Source of the DNA: an uncultured archaeon
GTDB taxonomy: Archaea; Asgardarchaeota; Lokiarchaeia; Sigyniarchaeales; SOKP01
DNA length: 64,000 bases
Reading direction: 5' to 3'
Assembly (NCBI GenBank): GCA_964388035.1
Contig: CAYLZE010000001.1
Coordinates: 1 to 64,000 of the forward strand
In this document: piece after piece, positions 61,490 to 64,000 of the stretch
Layout of the letters: every line of letters starts with the position of its first letter
Numbering within the stretch: position 1 is the first letter of the stretch
Translations under genes and position numbers: made by a program
Notes under the pieces: model-generated
Told to the model about the DNA's origin: nothing
The model's input: only the letters and a program-made list of their open reading frames with translations
The model's database searches: none

Positions 61490-61888
61490 ATGAAGTTGAA
61501 AATGATTCCTAAATTGGTGTGCATTTATGGCTCCTTGTTAGATGGTTTCATGGGAATTATAATGATCCTTACCACTATGGCTCCTACAATCATCATTCCA
61601 TATTCTTCCAATGCGATGAATTATCAATATATAATGGGTGTAGCAGCATCTCTAATGTTTGGATGGACAGTTCTATTATATTGGGCAAGTCTTGATCCCA
61701 TTGCAAGGAGAGATGTAATGCTCTTGACTATTTTTCCCGTTGTCTTGGGACTTATCCTTACAGAAATATTGATTGACCCGCTCAAATTATTCTCAATATG
61801 GCTATATCAGATTATCGGTTGCATCATCCCGCTAATAATTGGATACGTCATAGCTCTTAAAATTGAAAGAAGTAAGGTGGTGGTCTAG
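61490..61888 (+). CDS. small membrane protein, paralog of the next gene
   Basis: about 4 TM; AASLMFGWTVLLYWASLDPIARR. Confidence 0.8.
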   Translation: MKLKMIPKLVCIYGSLLDGFMGIIMILTTMAPTIIIPYSSNAMNYQYIMGVAASLMFGWTVLLYWASLDPIARRDVMLLTIFPVVLGLILTEILIDPLKLFSIWLYQIIGCIIPLIIGYVIALKIERSKVVV

Positions 61889-62398
61889 ATGACCGAAAAT
61901 ACAACGATTTACAACTTCTCTCAGATTTTTCTTGGCTTTCTTCCCCAAATCTTTACATTAGGATGCATAATCGTCGCCTTGGCCTTACTTGGATTGTTTA
62001 TCATTAAATCAATAAAAAAAACCCTGAATCCGATATTTAGGATTAATTTATTAAGGTTTGGCTTTTGGGCAGGTGCACTAATCGATCTTTTCGCGTTTTT
62101 TAACATGATCGCCTCTATCTTCACGAATGTCTATTCCGGATATGAAGTTCATGGAACATCCATTGAATACATGTTCGCCATTGGATGGGGTGCGAGTTTA
62201 ATGTTAGGTTGGACAAGCTTACTCATATGGGCGGATAGAAAACCAATTGAGAGGAGAATTACCATCCTCTTCACAGCCGTCCCGGTTATTATCGGAATTA
62301 TCTTAACAAGTATTTTAACCAATATAGCATGCATGAATCAATTAATCGGTATATTTCTGTTTCTTTTTTGCTATTTTCAATCCCTATACGTCAAATAA
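61889..62398 (+). CDS. small membrane protein, paralog of the previous gene
   Basis: GASLMLGWTSLLIWADRKPIERR; start abuts the upstream stop. Confidence 0.8.
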   Translation: MTENTTIYNFSQIFLGFLPQIFTLGCIIVALALLGLFIIKSIKKTLNPIFRINLLRFGFWAGALIDLFAFFNMIASIFTNVYSGYEVHGTSIEYMFAIGWGASLMLGWTSLLIWADRKPIERRITILFTAVPVIIGIILTSILTNIACMNQLIGIFLFLFCYFQSLYVK

Positions 62399-62518
62399 GA
62401 ATCATTTGGGAACGGAATCACTAAGAATAGAGCTAAAAATAGCACGGAAATTACATTACACTGATTTTATTTTCAATCCCATATTAATTATCTTTTTCTT
62501 AATTCTATAATATATCGG

Positions 62519-62580
62519 AATATTTCTTTATACGTGAAAGTGTGGTTTCACGAATTGCATGAAAATATAGTTGGCATTTA
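62519..62580. repeat. degenerate ~60-bp intergenic repeat, copy 2
   Basis: core tttcacgaattgcatgaaaatata at 62546-62569; see copy 1. Confidence 0.6.
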
Positions 62581-62712
62581 AACCAGCTAAAATTAAATTA
62601 ATTAACTTCTATTTATCCAAGCCCTAACGCTTTAATCTCTAAGAAGCTTAAGACTCTGATTAAAAGATCGTCAAAATCGTGATAAATAACAAGTGTAATC
62701 TTTTACGCATTT

Positions 62713-63561
62713 CTAACCAGGAAGCTCTAACTCCTTTACATCTTTAGCGAGGGTCTTTGGACCATAATATAGGATAATGCCTATTGCTATTGCAATATCT
62801 ATCAAAGCACGGTAATATTCAAGAGTTTGTGGCAAGTTTAAAAATTCTCCAATGAAATTTCCCATGAAATGATAAAATATTGCTCCCAAGATGCTATGTT
62901 TAGTATGATTAAAAATCCAAGTCATGATTACCGATGTTGCTATTAATCCGATACAATAATTTAGCCAAAATCTCAATGAGCCGAAAACCAATTCTTCTTT
63001 CTGATATGTCCCTTCCATAAAAAACAGGGGAAGGTGCCATGCAATCCAAAAAAATGCGACGATGAGCGTTGAAATGAAAGCATTCCACTCCTTTTGTAAT
63101 CGCTCCAAGGCAAGGCCCCTCCATCCTAATTCTTCTGGAAGAGGCCCCACAACAAATGTCATTACCACAAAAATAATTAAGTTCAAGGGATTAGCTAAAA
63201 AAGTTTTCGTGGTTTCAAAATCGGGAATAGTCCCTGTTATCGCGAGATTAAGAAATATTGCAAGGAATGAAACAAGTGGTGGCAAGAAAATGATTAGAAG
63301 GAACCATCGAAACGTTAGTCTTTTTATGTTTATTAATCGATTAAGATAATTCATTTTCTCATCTCTATTATTATTGAGATGTAATGAAATTAATGCTCCA
63401 ATAGTGGGCCCTAATCCCCCTAATGCAAATAATACAAGGTTTGGCATGGTATAAGACCCTTCATTGGAAAAAGTAATAGGAATCCAGAACAACCAGCTCC
63501 AACTTAATGTGATTAGGAAAAAAATCCATGGCCCTTTACTAAATTCTTTTAGACTGGACAT
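62713..63561 (-). CDS. CPBP/Abi (CAAX protease-like) intramembrane metalloprotease
   Basis: EELGWRG, W..WHLP, AIFYH...N. Confidence 0.93.
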   Translation of the reverse strand: MSSLKEFSKGPWIFFLITLSWSWLFWIPITFSNEGSYTMPNLVLFALGGLGPTIGALISLHLNNNRDEKMNYLNRLINIKRLTFRWFLLIIFLPPLVSFLAIFLNLAITGTIPDFETTKTFLANPLNLIIFVVMTFVVGPLPEELGWRGLALERLQKEWNAFISTLIVAFFWIAWHLPLFFMEGTYQKEELVFGSLRFWLNYCIGLIATSVIMTWIFNHTKHSILGAIFYHFMGNFIGEFLNLPQTLEYYRALIDIAIAIGIILYYGPKTLAKDVKELELPG

Positions 63562-63679
63562 TGTTTCTCTTTGCTCCTCCTATGATAATAATTTAACTCG
63601 GGAATAAAATTGAATAATATGAATTTAAATTTAAAGATCTAATTAAAATATTATGATGATTAAGAAATTTGGTGATTAG

Positions 63680-64000
63680 ATGATAATTTGGGAAGAACTG
63701 CATGTAAAAACTCCAGAAAGGGAGATATTAATCGACATTAGCGATAAAATTAAAACCGTGCTGAGAAAATCTGATATTAAAGAAGGCGCATGTAAGATAT
63801 TTGTACCCCATACTACCGCAGCGATAACGATTAATGAGAATGCGGATCCGAATGTTTTGAAAGATATTATCACTTATCTTAATAGATTAATCCCTAAAAA
63901 AAGTGGTTTAGGATATATCTTTCGGCACGGAGAAGGTAATTCGGACGCTCACATTAAAAGCAGCTTGATAGGACCTTCCTTAGAAATTTTAATCCATGAG
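63680..64000 (+). CDS. yjbQ: YjbQ family protein (UPF0047), truncated by window edge; missing from the ORF track
   Basis: ATG 63680 after GGTGA; FVPHTTAAITINENADPNV and HGEGNSDAHIKSSLIG. Confidence 0.92.
   Translation, partial: MIIWEELHVKTPEREILIDISDKIKTVLRKSDIKEGACKIFVPHTTAAITINENADPNVLKDIITYLNRLIPKKSGLGYIFRHGEGNSDAHIKSSLIGPSLEILIHE

Noticed and set aside
63676-63873. 65-aa minus-strand ORF
   Set aside because: Antisense to the clear yjbQ gene on the plus strand.
1-64000. tRNA, rRNA, CRISPR array, transposase or integrase
   Set aside because: No GC-rich structured segment, regularly spaced repeat array or recombinase motif was seen by eye.

Overview
AT-rich, gene-dense archaeal DNA, most likely from an Asgard archaeon (Lokiarchaeia-like). 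That inference rests on a Roadblock-Rab-like GTPase fusion, a multi-longin protein, a V4R protein, a multi-PAS kinase, TrmB, GAGGT/GGTGA ribosome-binding sites and T-tract terminators. Contents: a fatty-acid/acyl-CoA beta-oxidation cluster (12-22 kb), a CydA-like oxidase plus USP/ABC cluster (29-35 kb), a 2-oxoacid:ferredoxin oxidoreductase operon (37-40 kb), a MoxR-type AAA/vWA pair, and a 15-kb hydrolase island (44.6-59.3 kb) with five copies of the palindrome TTTGTCAT-N4-ATGA(C/A)AAA around a TrmB regulator. The most striking locus is porB. It really starts at 39240, is circularly permuted through its TPP-binding motif, and is interrupted by a 30-nt stop-containing hairpin insert. Cutting that insert with bulge-helix-bulge geometry restores the canonical NTGIQ motif in frame, so it is a candidate mRNA mini-intron. 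Three decayed 3' gene remnants lie in intergenic space. I recognised no tRNA, rRNA, CRISPR array, integrase or transposase. All family calls are from motif recognition by eye, not database searches.
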